Positions 49,756 to 63,816 of a stretch of 64,000 nucleotides of DNA are shown here, piece after piece. The position numbers were made by a program, and so were the translations under genes. The DNA lies in assembly GCF_044704955.1 (NCBI RefSeq), contig NW_027252079.1:248001-312000 (forward strand), read 5' to 3'. The notes under the pieces were generated by a model, which saw only the letters and a program-made list of their open reading frames with translations, did not search any database and was not told the DNA's origin. Numbering within the stretch: the first letter of the stretch is position 1; each line of letters opens with the position of its first letter. The DNA comes from Pristiophorus japonicus. Lineage: Eukaryota.

Positions 49756-51506
49756 CTGGTGTTTCCTCGATCAGGTCAACATCCCCAGTAATGAAGCACT
49801 GACCACACTCGACCAGCTCCGTTGGGTGGGCCACATTGTTCACAACTATTTTAAGTGGAACAATAATCAAGTGCCTTCGGATTAAAGGAGGGGTCATGTT
49901 ATGTATTTAAACCTTTGTAACCTGCATCCCACTTGACCACCAGAGGGCCCACCTGTTGGAGTCCCAAGGGATCCCAGCATCCCTTGGGAGCACATTATAT
50001 AAGCAGGCCACGTACGAGATGCCTGCACTCTGCAATCTTAATAAAGGAGCTAAGGTCACACTTGCTCATTACACACAGTACTCAGTCTCACCATTTATTA
50101 TGAGTGTAATGAACAACCGCGCAAAAATGCAAAGAACAGTCAGCATCCTGGAGAAGTTCTCAGAAAGGGACGATTGGGAGGCCTTCATGGAGAGACTCGA
50201 CCAATACTTTTTGGCCAACGAGCTAGAAGGGGACGAGAACGCCACCAAACGAAGGGCGATCCTACTAACTGTCTGTGGAGCAACAACCTATGGCCTCATG
50301 AAGAATCTGCTGGGCCCAACAAAACCAGCAGAGAAATCCTATGAAGAGTTCTGTACGCTAGTCCGGGAGTACCTAAATCCTAAGGAAAGTGTTTTGATGG
50401 CGAGATATCGGTTCTGCACGTGTCAACGATCAGAGGGCCAGGGAGCGGCGAGTTATGTCGCAGAACTAAGGCACCTCGCAAGACATTGTGAGTTTGAGGG
50501 ATTCCTAGAACAAATGCTCAGAGACTTTTTGTACTGGGCATCGGACATGAGACAATCCTTCGCAAACTGTTGACTGTAGAAACTCCGAATCTTAGTAAAG
50601 CCATAACGATAGCCCAGGCATTTATGTCCACCAGCAACAACACCAAGCAGATTTCGTAGAACAAAGAAGTTTCGGCCAGTACTGTGCATAAAGTAATGAC
50701 GGTTTTGAGCATAAATGTACAAGGCAGAACGTACACCCCAACTGATGTGGCCCGACATCAATTGATCCAGAGTCTGCCATCATCTGTTGACGCTGCGGAG
50801 GTGATCATTGGCTCCATCAATGGCGCTTTAAGCACTATGCATGCAATGGCTGCAGAACAATGGGTCACCTCCAACGAATGTGCAGGCAAGCTGCAAACCA
50901 CCACGTTGCAGAGGAAGATCGATCCACAGTGGATCAGATCGAAACGGTAACAGGTACTGAGGAGGCAGAAGTGTACGGGGTACACACGTTCATGACGAAA
51001 TGTCCACCAATAATAATGAAAGTCCAACTAAACGGCATTCCAGTATCGATGGAGCTGGACACGGGGGCAAGTCATTCCATAATGAGTAAAAGGACCCTCG
51101 ACAGGCTGAGGCAAAAAAGACACACTGGCCCAAGCTCAGCCTCATTCACACCAAACTAAGGACTTACACCAAGGTTCTAATCGCTGTAATTAGCAATGCT
51201 GAAATCAAAGTCTCCTATGATGGAGCAGTGCACGAACTCCCGCTGTGGATTGTGCCAGGGGATGGCCGCACGTTGTTTGGCAGAAGCTGGCTGGGGAAAA
51301 TCTGCTGGAACTGGGAAGACAACCGAGCGCTTTTGTCCATCGACGACACCTCGTGTACCCAGATTGTAAGCAAGTTCCCATCGTTCTTCGAGCCAGGCAT
51401 TGGAAGCTTCTCGGGGGCGCTAGTACAAATCCATTTGGTTCCTGGTATGCGACCCATCCACCACAATGCTCGGCGCTACTATACATGATATGTAAAAAAG
51501 TGGAAA

Positions 51507-54500
51507 CATAGTAACATAGAAACATAGAAAATAGGTGCAGGAGTAGGACATTTGGCCCTTCGAGCCGACACCACCATTCAATAAGATCATGGCTGATCCT
51601 TCACCTCAGTACCCCTTTCCTGCTTTCTCTCCATACCCCTTGATCCCTTTAGCTATAAGGGCCACATCTAACTCCCTCTTGAATATATCCAAAGAACTGG
51701 CATCAACAAGTCTCTGCGGTAGTGAATTCCACAGGTTAACAACTCTCTAAGTGAAGAAGTTTCTCCTCATCTCAGTCCTAAATGGCTTACCCCTTATCCT
51801 TAGACTGTGTCCCCTGGTTCTGGACTTCCCCAACATCGGGAACATTCTTCCTGCATCTAGCCTGTCCAGTCCCGTCATAATTTTATATGTTTCTATGAGA
51901 TCCCCTCTCATCCTTCTAAACTCCAGTTAATAAAGGCCCAGTCTCTCTTCATATGTCAGAACAGCCATTCCGGGAATCAGTCTGGTGAACCTTCGCTGCA
52001 CGCCTTCAATAGCAAGACTGTCCTTCCTCAGATTAGGAAAACAAAATTGAACACAATATTCCAGGTGAGGCCTCACCAAGGCCCTGTACAACTTGAGTAA
52101 GACCTCCCTGCTCCTATACTCAAATACTCTAGTTATGAGGGCCAACATACCATTTGCCTTCTTCACTGCCTGCTGTACCTGCATGCCAACCTTCAATGAC
52201 TGATGTACCACGACACCCACGTCTCGTTGCACCTCTCCTCTTCCTAATCTGCCGCCATTCAGATAATATTCTGCCTTCGTGTTTTTGCAACAAAAGTTGA
52301 TAACCTCACATTTATCCACATAGAAATATAGAAACATAGAAAATAGGTGCAGGAGTAAGCCATTCGGCCCTTCGAGTCTGCACCGCCATTCAATGAGTTC
52401 ATGGCTGAACATGCAACTTCAGTACCCCATTCCTGCTTTCTCGCCATACCCCTTGATCCCCCTAGTAGTAAGGTCTAGTGAATTGGCCTCAACAACTTTC
52501 TGTGGTAGAGAATTCCACAGGTTCACCACTCTCTGGGTGAAGAAGTTTCTCCTCATCTCGGTCCTAAATGGCTTACCCCTTATCCTTAGACTGTGACCCC
52601 TGGTTCTGGACTTCCCCAACATTGGGAACATTCTTCCTGCATCTAACCTGTATAAACCCGTCAGAATTTTAAACGTTTCTGTGAGATCCCCTCTCATTCT
52701 TCTGAACTCCAGTGAATACAAGCCCAGTTGATCCAGTCTTTCTTGATATGTCAGTCCCGCCTTCCCGGGAATCAGTCTGGTGAACCTTTGCTGCACTCCC
52801 TCAATAGCAAGAATGTCCTTCCTCAAGTTAGGAGAACAAAACTGTACACAATACTCCAGGTGTAGCCTCACCAAGAGGGCTGTACAACTGTAGTAACACC
52901 TCCCTGCCCCTGTACTCAAATCGCCTCGCTATGAAGGCCAACATGCCAGTTGCTTTCTTAACCGCCTGCATACCTGCATGCCAATCTTCAATGACTGATG
53001 TACCATGACACCCAGGTCTCGTTGCACCTCCCCTTTTCCTAATCTGTCACCATTCAGATAATAGTCTGTCTCTCTGTTTTTACCACCAAAGTGGATAACC
53101 TCACATTTATCCACATTATACTTCATCTGCCATGCATTTGCCCACTCACCTAACCTATCCAAGTCACTCTGCAGCCTCATAGCATCCTCCTCGCAGCTCA
53201 CACTGCCACCCAACTTAGTGTCATCCGCAAATTTGGAGATACTGCATTTAATCCCCTCGTCTAAATCATTAATGTACAATGTAAACAGCTAGGGCCCCAG
53301 CACAGAACCTTGCAGTACCCCACTAGTCACTGCCTGCCATTCTGACAAGTACCCATTTACTCCCACTCTTTGTTTCCTGTCTGCCAACCAGTTCTCAATC
53401 CACGTCAGCACACTACCCCCAATCCCATGTGCTTTAACTTTGCACATTAATCTCTTGTGTGGGACCTTATCGAAAGCCTTCTGAAAGTCCAAATACACCA
53501 AATCAACTGGTTCTCCCTCGTCCACTCTACTAGAAACATCCTCAAAAAATTCCAGAAGATTTGTCAAGCATGATTTCCCTTTCACAAATCCATGTTGACT
53601 TGGACCTATCATGTCACCTCTTTCCAAATGCGCTACTAAGACATCCTTAATAATTGATTCTATCATTTTACCCACTACCGATGTCAGGCTGACCGGTCTA
53701 TAATTCCCTGTTTTCTCTCTCCCTCCTCCCACATTATATTGCATCTGCCATGCATTTTCCCACTCACCTAACCTGTCGTGGTCACCCTGTAGCCTCTTAT
53801 CAACCTCCTCGCAGCTCACAACGCCACCCAGTTTAGTGTCATTTGCAAACTTGGAGATATTACACTCAATTCTTTCATCTAAATCATTAATGTATATTGT
53901 AAATAGCTGGGATCACAGCACTGAGCCCTGCGGTACCCCACTAGTCACTGCCTGCCATTCTGAAAAGGACCCATTCATCCCGACTGTCTGCTTCCTGTCT
54001 ACCAACCAGTTCTCTATCTACGTCAGTCCGTTACCCGCAATACATGTGCTTTAATTTTGCACACCAGTCTTTTGTGTGGGACCTTTCAAAAGCCTTTTGA
54101 AAGTCCAAATACACCACATCCACTGGTTCTCCCTTGTCCACTCTACTAGTTACATCATCAAAAAATTCCAGAAGATTTGTCAAGCATGACTTCCCTTTCA
54201 TAAATCCATGCTGACTTGGACCGATCCTGTCACTGCTTTCCAAATGCGCTGTCATTTCATCTTTAATAATTGCTTCCAACATTTTCCCCACTACTGATGT
54301 CAGGCTAACTGGTCTATAAATACCCATTTTCTCTCTCCCTCCTTTTTAAAAAAGTGGTGTTACATTAGCTATCCTCCAGTCCGTAGGAACTGATCCAGAG
54401 TCGGTAAACTGTTGGACAATGATCAGCAATGCATCCACTATTTCTAAGGCCACTTCCTTAAGTATTCTGGGATGCAGACTATCAGGCCGCGGGTATTTAT

Positions 54501-55830
54501 CGGCCTTCAATTTCATCAATTTCCCTAACACAATTTCCCGCCTAATAAGGATATCCTTCAGTTCCTCCTTCTCACTAGACCCTTGGTCCCTTCGTACTTC
54601 CAGAAGGTTATTTGTGTCTTCTTTCATGAAGACAGAACCAAAGTATTTGTTCAACTAGTCTGCCATTTCTTTCTTCCCCATTATAAATTCACCTGAATCT
54701 GACTGCAAGGGACCTACTTTTGTCTTCATTAATCTTTTTCTCTTCACATATAGAAGTTTTTGCAGTCGGTTTTTATGTTCCTGGCAAGTTTCCTCTCATA
54801 CTCTATTTTCCAGCTCCTAATTAGACCCTTTGCCCTCCTCTGCTGAATTCTAAATGTCTCCCAGTCCTTGGGTTTGCTGCTTTTTCTGGTCATTTTATAT
54901 GCCTCTTCCTTGGATTTAAGCCTATTCTTAATTTCCCTTGTTAGCCACGATTGAGCCACCTTCCCGTTTTATTGTTAGTCCAGACAGGGATGCACAATTG
55001 TTGAAGTTCATCCATGTGATCTTTAAATGTTTGCGATTGCCTATTGACCTCTATGTATCATTTGCCAGTCTATTCTAGCCAATTCACGTCTCATACCATC
55101 GAAGTTACCTTTCCTTAAGTTCAGGACCCTCGTCTCTGAATTAACTGTGTCACTTTCCATCTTAATAAGAAATTCTACCATATTATGTTCACTCTTCCCC
55201 AAGGGGCCTCGCACAACAAGATTACAAATTAGTCCTTTCTCATTACACATCACCTAGTCTAGGATGGCCAGCCCTCTAGTTGGTTCCTCAACATATTGGT
55301 CCAGAAAACCATCCCTAATACATTCAAGGAAATCCTCCTCCATCGTATTATTACGAGTTTGGTTAGCCCAATCTATATGTAGGTTAAATTCGCCCAAGAA
55401 AACTGCTGTACCTTTATTGCACACATCCCTAATTTCTTGTTTGATGCTGTCCCCAGCCTCACTACTACAGTTTATTGGTTTGTACACAACTCCCAATAGC
55501 GTTTTCTGCCCTTTGGTATTCCGCAGCTCCGCCCATACAGATTCCACATCATCCAAACTAATGTCCTCCCTTACTATTGCGTTAATTTCCTCTTTAACCA
55601 GCAATGCTACCCCACCTTTTCCTTTCTGTCTATCCTTCCTGAATGTTGAATACCCCTGGATGTTGAGTTCCCAGCCTTGGCCACCCTGGAGCCATGTCTC
55701 CGGAATGGCAATGATATCATCTTAATTATTTTCTGCCTGTGCAGTTAATTCGTCAACCTTATTATGAATACTCTTCGCTTTGAGGCACAGAGCCTTCAGG
55801 CTTGTCTTTTTAACACACTTTGCCCTTTTA
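51507..55830 (-). mobile_element. CR1 LINE nested in the Gypsy pol
   Basis: Splits Gypsy KVE/IELDRL; GAAA on both sides; ORF2 from endonuclease to the (catagaaa)n tail. Confidence 0.9.
52322..53728 (-). mobile_element. Younger CR1 nested within the nested CR1
   Basis: Flanked by ccacat (52316-52321, 53729-53734); has its own tail; nearly the same family as 20433-21357. Confidence 0.88.
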
Positions 55831-58800
55831 GAAATTGAGCTGGACAGGCTGCAATGTGAAGGCATCATCGCGCTGGTGGAATTCAATGACTGTGCCAGTC
55901 CAATTGTACCGGTACTCAACGAGGACATTACGATTAGAATTTGCGAGGACTATAAGGTAACGATTAACCGTTTTTTTACTGCCGGACCAGTACCTGCTAT
56001 CCAAGGCAGATGACATATTTGTGCCCCTGGCTGGAGGGAAGACGTTCACCAAGCGGGACCTGACCTCGGCCTACATGAAGCAAGAGCTACAGGAGTCTTC
56101 GAAAGGTCTCACCTGCATCAACACGCACAAAGGTCTGTTTATCTACAACCAATGCCCATTGGGATTCGGTCGGCCGCAGCGATCTTCCAGCAGAACATGG
56201 AGTGCCTGCTAAAGTCAGTTCCTTGCACAATGGTCTTCCAGGACGAGATATTGGTTATAGGTCGGGACACCATGGAGCACTTGAAGAATCCAGAGGAGGT
56301 TCTTAGTCGGTTGGATCGCGTGGGGCTCAGGTTGAAATGCTCGAAGTTTGTTTTCCTGGAACAGGACGTCGAATTATTGGAAAGGAGAATCGCAGCAGAT
56401 GGCATCAGACCCACTGACACCAAGAGGGAGGCCATCAAGAATGCACCACGATCACAGAACATGTCAGAGCTGCGGTCATTCCTGGGACTCCTTAACTATT
56501 TCGGTAATTTGCTACCTGGATTAAGCACCCTGCTAGAACCCTACATGCGCTACTGTGCAAGGGAGATGACTGCTTATGCGGTAATTCATAAGAAGCTGCC
56601 TTTAAGAAAGACAGAAATTTATTCTGTTCTAACAACTGCTTGTCCTGTATAACCTATGTAAACAATTAGTGTTAGCTTGCGATGCATCATCACACAGGGT
56701 CAGGTGCGTGTCACAACAGGCTGATGAATCGAGGATTTTGCAACCGGTTGCGTATGCATTCAGGAGTTTGTCCAAGGCTGAAAGGGCCTACAGCATGGTT
56801 GAAAAAGAGGCTCTGGCGTGCGTTTATGGGGTAAAAAAATGCACCAGTACTTATTTGGCCTCAAGTTCGAGCTTGAAACTGACCACAAGCTGCTCATATC
56901 GCTATTCTCGGAGAGCAAAGGGATTAATACCAATGCCTCTGCCCACATCTAAATATGGGCGCTCATGCTGTCAGCATACAACTATGCAATCCGCCACAGA
57001 CTGGGCACAGAGAACTGTGCAGTTGCTCACAGTCAGCTACCATTGCCCACCACTGGGGTAGAAATGGCACAGCCAGCAGAATTGCTCAATATCATGGAGG
57101 CATTTGAGAATGAGAAGTCCCCCGTTACGGCTCACTAAATCAGGACCTGGACCAGCCAGGATCCTTTACAGTCCTTGGTAAAAAAAAAACTATGTCCTCC
57201 ATGGGAGCTGGTCCAGTGTCCCAGTGGAGATGCAGGAAGCGATTAAGCCATTCCTCAGATGCAAAGATGAATTGCCCCTGCAGGCGGACTGTCTTTTGTG
57301 GGGCAATCGCATGGTCTTGCTCAAGAAAGGCAGAGATACATTTATTTGAGAACTGCACAACACCCACCCAGGCATCGTAATGATGAAAGCCATAGCCAGA
57401 TCTCACCTGTGGTGGCCTGGCGTCGACTCAAATTTAGAGTCATACGTGCATCAGTGCAACACTTGCTCTCAGTTGAGCAATGCACCCCGAGACGCACCGC
57501 TAAGTTTGTTGTCAAGGCCATCCAAACCGTGGTCGAGGATCCATGTAGACTATGCGGGCCCATTCCTAGGCAAAATGTTTTTGGTTGTCGTGGATGCTTA
57601 CTCAAAATGGATTGACTGTGCAATAATGTCTGTAAGCACGTCCACGGCCACCATTGAAAGCCTACGAGCCATGTTTGCCATGCACGGTTTGCTTGATGTC
57701 CCAGTCAGTGACAATCGGCCGTACTTCACCAGTGCTGAATTCAAGGAATTCATGACCCGCAACGGGATCAAACATGTCACATCTGCCCCGTTCAAGCCTG
57801 CAGGCAATGGCCAGGCAGAACGGGCAGTTCAGACCATCAAGCAAAGCTTGAAATGTGTGTCAGAAAGCTCCCTGCAGACCCGGTTGTCCCGACTGCTGCT
57901 CAGCTACTGCACCAGACCTCACTCACTCACCGGGATTCCTCCAGCTGAGCTGCTCTTGAAAAGGTTGCTTAAAACAAGGCTCTCTCTTGTCCACCCTGAT
58001 CTCCATGATCATGTGGAGGGCAAGCAGCATCAACAAAGTGTGTACCATGACCGTGCAAAGTTGTCACACGATATTGAGATCAATGATCCTGTGTTTATGC
58101 TCAATTATGGACATGGTCCCAAATGGCTCGCGGGCACGGTCACAGCCAAAAAGGGGAGTAGGGTGTTTCAGGTCAAACTGACCAATGGACAAACGCACAG
58201 CAAACATTTGGACCAAATCAAGTTGCGGTTCACCAACAGCTCCGAACAACCTGAAGAGGATACCTCCAACTTTGACCTTCCAACACACACACACAAGTGC
58301 CAACTGACATCATAATTGACCACAAAACTGAACCCATCATCCCCATAAGCCCGGCAAGGCCGGCTGCCCAACAGCCCAGTGAAGAACTGACCAACCCACC
58401 AACAACAGCATTTGTACCGAGACGATCGAGAAGGGAGCGCAACGCCCCAGATCATCTCACCTTGTAAATAAGTGTACTGTTGAGCTCAAGGGGGAGTGAT
58501 GTTATGTATTTAACCCTTTGTAACCTGTACCACACCTGACCACCAGAGGGCCCACCTGTTGGAATCCCAAGGGATCGCAGCATCCCTTGGGAGCACAGTA
58601 TATAAGCAAGCCTCCCACGAGGTGCCTGCATTCTGGAATCTTAATAAAGGAGCTAAGGTCACACTTGCTCATTACACACAGTACTCAGTCTCACCATTTA
58701 TTATGAGTGTAACAGGTCACACTCCAGAAACTTCCATTCAAGTGCCCCCTTGTTTTTTTTTAAGGGCACCAAAAACACTAATTAACAATTTAACATAAAG

Positions 58801-58949
58801 GGAACCTTTGTCAAATTATATCAAATTAAATCAAATTAAAATTCTGTTCCCGGTTGAAATGATACATTCCAGTCCCTCCAGTGCCCACCTCTCGCGGAAT
58901 TCTGCGAGCATACCGGTGGACACTGTGTGCTCCATCTCCAGGGACACCT

Positions 58950-59388
58950 TGGCTCACCACATTGTTCAGATGCCTAACATAAGACTCTCAAACCAAGCGC
59001 TCTATTCGGAACTCCTACATGGCAAGCGAGCCCAAGGTGGGCAGAGGAAATGTTTCAAGGACACCCTCAAAGCCTCCTTGATAAAATGCAACAGCCCCAC
59101 CGATATCTGGGAGTCCCTGGCCAAAGACCTCTCTAAGTGCAGGAAGTGCATCAGGGAGGGGCTAAGCACCTCGAGTCTCATCACTAAGAGCATTCAGAAA
59201 CCTAGTGCAGGCTGCAGAAGGCACATGCGACAAATCAGTCCCACCCATGCTTTCCTGCAACAACTGTCTGTTCCACCTGTGACAGAGACTGTCATTCCCG
59301 TATTGGACTGTTCAGTCACCTAAGATCTCACCTTTAGAGTGGAAGCAAGTCTTCCTCGATTTCGAGGGACTCCCTATGATGATGACAA
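58950..59388 (+). mobile_element. RTE 3' fragment
   Basis: ALYSELLHGKRAQGGQRKCFKDTLK; gagggactccctatgatgat tail. Confidence 0.85.
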
Positions 59389-59389
59389 T

Positions 59390-60960
59390 GTATACCTAAC
59401 CTGTGTTGTGCCTGTTCTGGGCATTTTTGGATTGGCTGTTTAGAGAGAAATGTACCTTGCATCTAAATTATGCTGTACTTGCCTCAGCAATGTTTGTTCG
59501 GACAGTGTAGAGGGAGCTTCAGTCTGTATCTAACCCGTGTTATATCTGCCATGGGAGTGATTGATGGGACAGTGTAGAGGGAGCTTTACGCTGTATCTTA
59601 CCCGTGATATACCTTCCCTGGGAGTGTTTGATGGGACAGTGTAGAGGAAACTTTACTCAGTATCTAACAGGTGCTGTACCTGCCCTGGGATTGTTTAATG
59701 GGACAGTGTAGAGAGAGATTTACTCTCTGTTTAAACTGTGCTGTACTTCACCTGAGAGTGTTTAATGCGGCAGAGTAGAGGGAGCTTTACACTGTATCTA
59801 ACCCGTGTATCACATCATGGGCCACTTCAACCTGCGAGAGAACATTTGCACAGGTCGGGGCTATAAAAAGAGCTGAAGCGCCAAGTCCTGGGACATTGTG
59901 GGCCACCACAACCTGCGAGAGAACATCTACACAGGTCGGGGCTATAAGAAGAGCTGGAGTGAGCCACTGCAGCTTTAGCGCGAGCTGACATCAAGGTGGG
60001 CGATTGGGTGACATCATCAGGATCCAGGTCACCAATTGTAGCATGGGTAGGAACATCGGCAGGGCCCAGATACAGCAGAGGAGCGGGAAGGTCGTGGTGC
60101 ACTTGCGACAAGTGATCAGGACGGAGGAGTGGTAAGGGATCGTGGCTGAGATTTGGTGGGTGATCGTGACGGAGGTTCAGCAAATGTTTGGTGCGGAGGT
60201 GCGGCGGGAGATCGTGGGGGAGGTGTGGCGAGTGTTTCTGGCAGAGGAGTGGCGAGAGATCGTGCCGGAAGTGCGACAAATGAGGATATGGGGCCCAGAA
60301 GAGGCGAGAGCCCAGGGGCAGCTCGGGCCAGCTACGATATGTGTGCACACTAGGGCTGTGCAACAAAACATGTCTCCAGTAGTCCTGGTTCACCCTTGCC
60401 ACTGGATGAAAGGCTTAGCTCTGTCAAGCCCATGTGGTGGCTGGTGTGCAACGGTCACTACACATTAAAAAAAAATCACGCACAGGCATCTTCCACCCCC
60501 TCAATTGGAGTTCAGTACTGGAACATCGGGTCCTTCATTGAAACATCTGTGAATTCATCGGGATGCAAGTCATCCTCGTTCGAGGGACCGCCTATCATCA
60601 TCTAACCTGTGCTTTACCTGCCCTGGGATTGTTCAGAGCAGTGTAGAGGGAGCTTTACTCTGTATCTATCCCATGCTGTAGTTTCCTCTGGCACTGACTC
60701 TCACTGGGATACAGTTTCCCTGGCACTGACTCTCACTGGGGTACAGTTCCTCTGGCACAGATTTACTGTATATTTAATACTGTGCTCTACCTGCCCTGAG
60801 AGTGTTTGATCGGACAGAATAAAGCTCCCTCTACAGTGTATCAACTCTGGAATGTTTGGGACAGGGTAGAGGGAGATATACTCCGTATTGAACCAGTGTA
60901 GTACCTGCTCTTGGAATGTCTGGTGGGACAGTGTTGAGAGAGCTTTATTCTGTATCTAAG
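59390..60960 (+). repeat. 66-bp repeat family array, interrupted by an insertion at 59808-60599
   Basis: Same unit as 14710-16140. Confidence 0.82.
59808..60599 (+). mobile_element. Unclassified non-coding retroposon with an RTE-like 3' tail
   Basis: Flanks atctaacc(c/t)gtg (59796-59807, 60600-60611); ends gcaagtcatcctcgttcgagggaccgcctatcatc. Confidence 0.6.
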
Positions 60961-61075
60961 CAAGGCAATTATGCCCTTCCTTAGAGAAGGAGACAAAAAT
61001 TGTGCACAGTGCTCCAGGTGTGGTAAGGGAGTAAAGGGTTCTGGGGAGCGGGCAGGGAAGTGGCGCTGAGTCTAT

Positions 61076-63720
61076 AAGAACATAAGAACATAACAATTAG
61101 GAACAGTAGTAGGCCATCGAGCCCCGCGAGCCTGCTCCGCCATTCAACAAGATCATGGCTGATCTGGCCGTGGACTCAGCTCCACTTACCCGCCCGCTCC
61201 CCATAACCCTTAATTCCCTTATTGGTTAAAAATCTATCTATCTGTGACTTGAATGCATTCAATGAGCTAGCCTCAACTGCTTCCTTGGGCAGAGAATTCC
61301 ACAGATTCACAACCATCTGGGAGAGGAAATTCCTTCTCAACTCGGTTTTAAGTTGGCTCCCCTGTATTTTGAGGCTGTGTCCCATAGTTCTAGTCTCCCC
61401 TACCAGTGGAAACAACCTCCCTGCCTCTATCTTGTCTAACCCTTTCATTATTTTACATGTTTCTATAAGATCACCCCTCATCCTTCTGAACTCCAACGAG
61501 TAAAGACACAGTCTACTCAATCTATCATCATAAGCTAACCCCCTCATCTCCGGAATCAGCCTAGTGAATCGTCTCTGTAACCCCCTCCAAAGCTAGTATA
61601 TCCTTCCTTACGTAAGGTGAACAAAACTGCACGCAGTACTCTAGGTGCGGCCTCACCAATACCCTATTCAGTTGCAGCAGGACCTCCCTGCTTTTGTACT
61701 CCATCCCTCTCGCAATGAAGGCCAACATTCCATTCGCCTTCCTGATTACCTGCTGCACTGCAAACTAACCTTTTGGGATTCATGCACAAGAACCCCTAGC
61801 TCCCTCTGCACTGCAGCATGTTGTAATTTCTCCCCATTCAAATAATATTTCCTTTTACTGTTTTTTCCCGCCAAGGTGGATGACCTCACACTTACCGACA
61901 TTGTATTCCATCTGCCAAACCTTAGCCCATTCGCTTAACCTATCTAAATGTCTTTGCAGCCTCTCTGTGTCCTCTGCACAACGCGCTTTCCCACTAATCT
62001 TTGTGTCATCTGCAAATTTTGTTACACTACACTCTGTCCTCTCTTCCAGGTCATCTATGTATATTGTAAACAGTTTTGGTCCCAGCACCGATCCCTGTGG
62101 CACACCACTAACCACCGATTTCCAACCCGAAAAGGGCCCATTGATCCCGACTCTCTGCTTTCTGTTCGCCAGCCATTCTCTATCCATGCTAATACATTTC
62201 CTCTGACTCCGCTTACCTCTATCTTCTGCAGTAACCTTTTGTGTGGCACCTTATCGAATGCCTTTTGTAAATCTAAATACACCACATCCATCGGTACACC
62301 TCTATCCACCGTGCTCGTTATATCCTCAAAGAATTCCAGTAAATTAGTTAAACATGATTTCCCCTTCATGAATCCATGCTGCGTCTGCTTGATTGCACTA
62401 TTCCTATCTAGATGTCCCGCTAGTTATTCCTTAATGATAGTTTCAAGCATTTTCCCCACTACAGATGTTAAACTAACCGGCCTATAGTTACCTGCCTTTT
62501 GTCTGCCCCCTTTTTTAAAAAGAGGCGTTACATTAGCTGCTTTCCAATCCACTGGTACTTCCCCAGAGTCCAGAGAATTTTGGTATATTATATCGAATGC
62601 ATCTGCTATAACTTCCGCCATCTCTTTTAATACCCTGGGATGCATTTCATCAAGATCAAGGGACTTGTCTGCCTTGAGTCCCATTAGCCTGTCCAGCACT
62701 ACCCCCCGAGTGATAGTGATTGTCTCAAGGTCTTCCCTTCCCACATTCCTGTGACCAGTAACTTTTGGCATGGTTTTTGTGTCTTCCACTGTGAAGACCG
62801 AAGCAAAATAATTGTTTAAGGTCTCAGCCATTTCCACATTTCCCATTATTAAATTCCCCCTTCTCATCTTCTGAGGAACCAACATTTACTTTAGTCATTA
62901 TTTTCCGTTTTATATATCTGTAAAAGCTTTTACTATCTGTTTTTATGTTTTGCGCAAGTTTACCTTTGTAATCTATCTTTCCTGTCTTTATTAGTCATTC
63001 TTTGCTGTTGTTTAAAATTTTCCCAATCTTCCAATTTCCCACTAACCTTGGCCACCTTATAAGCATTGGTCTTTAATTTGATACTCTCCTTTATTTCCTT
63101 GGTTATCCACGGCTGGTTATCCCTTCTCTTACCACCCTTCTTTTTTACTGGAATATATTTTTGTTGCGCACTATGAAAGAGCTCCTTAAAAGTCCACCAC
63201 TGTTCCTCAATTGTGCCACCGTTTCGGCTGTGTTTCCAGTCTACTTTAGCCAACTCTGCCCTCACCCCACTGTAATCCCCTTTGTTTAAGCATAGTACGC
63301 TCGTTTCTGACACAACTTCCTCACCCTCAATCTGTATTATAAATTCAACCATACTGTGATCACTCATTCCGAGAGGATCTTTTACTCGGAGATCGTTTAT
63401 TTTTCCTGTCTCATTACACAGGACCAGATCTAAGATAGCTTGCTCCCTTGTAGGTTCTGTAACATACTGTTCTAAGAAACAATCCCGTATGCATTCTATG
63501 AATTCCTCCTCCAGGCTACCCCTTGCGATTTGATTTGAACAATCGATATGTAGGTTAAAATCCCCCATGACTACTGCCGTTCCTTTTTCACATGCCTCCA
63601 TTATTCCCTTGATTATGCCCCGCCCCACCATGAAGTTATTATTTAGGGGCCTATAAACTACGCCCACCAGTGACTTTTTCTCCTTACTATCTCTAATCTC
63701 CACCCACAATGATTCAACAT
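61076..63720 (-). mobile_element. CR1 ORF2 (endonuclease plus RT), inserted into an older CR1 tail
   Basis: VGVVYRP, MGDFN, LGMSDH, GKSCLTNLLEFFE, KFADDTK; aagaacataagaac tail. Confidence 0.92.
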
Positions 63721-63816
63721 TATGATCAGACCAGCCATGATATTATTGAATGGGGTGCAGGCTCAGTGGGCCGTATGGTCCACTTCTGCTCCTATTTGCA
63801 ATGGTCTTATGTACTC

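Larger units (their letters stand above)
49897..58714 (+). mobile_element. Gypsy/Ty3 LTR retrotransposon, near full length, degenerate
   Basis: LTRs 49897-50110 and 58500-58714 (TGTTA...TAACA); 5-bp TSD GGTCA; PPT aagggggag; gag from ~50127, protease ELDTGA, RT, RNase H LACDAS, integrase 57380-58315 in Gypsy order. Confidence 0.95.
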
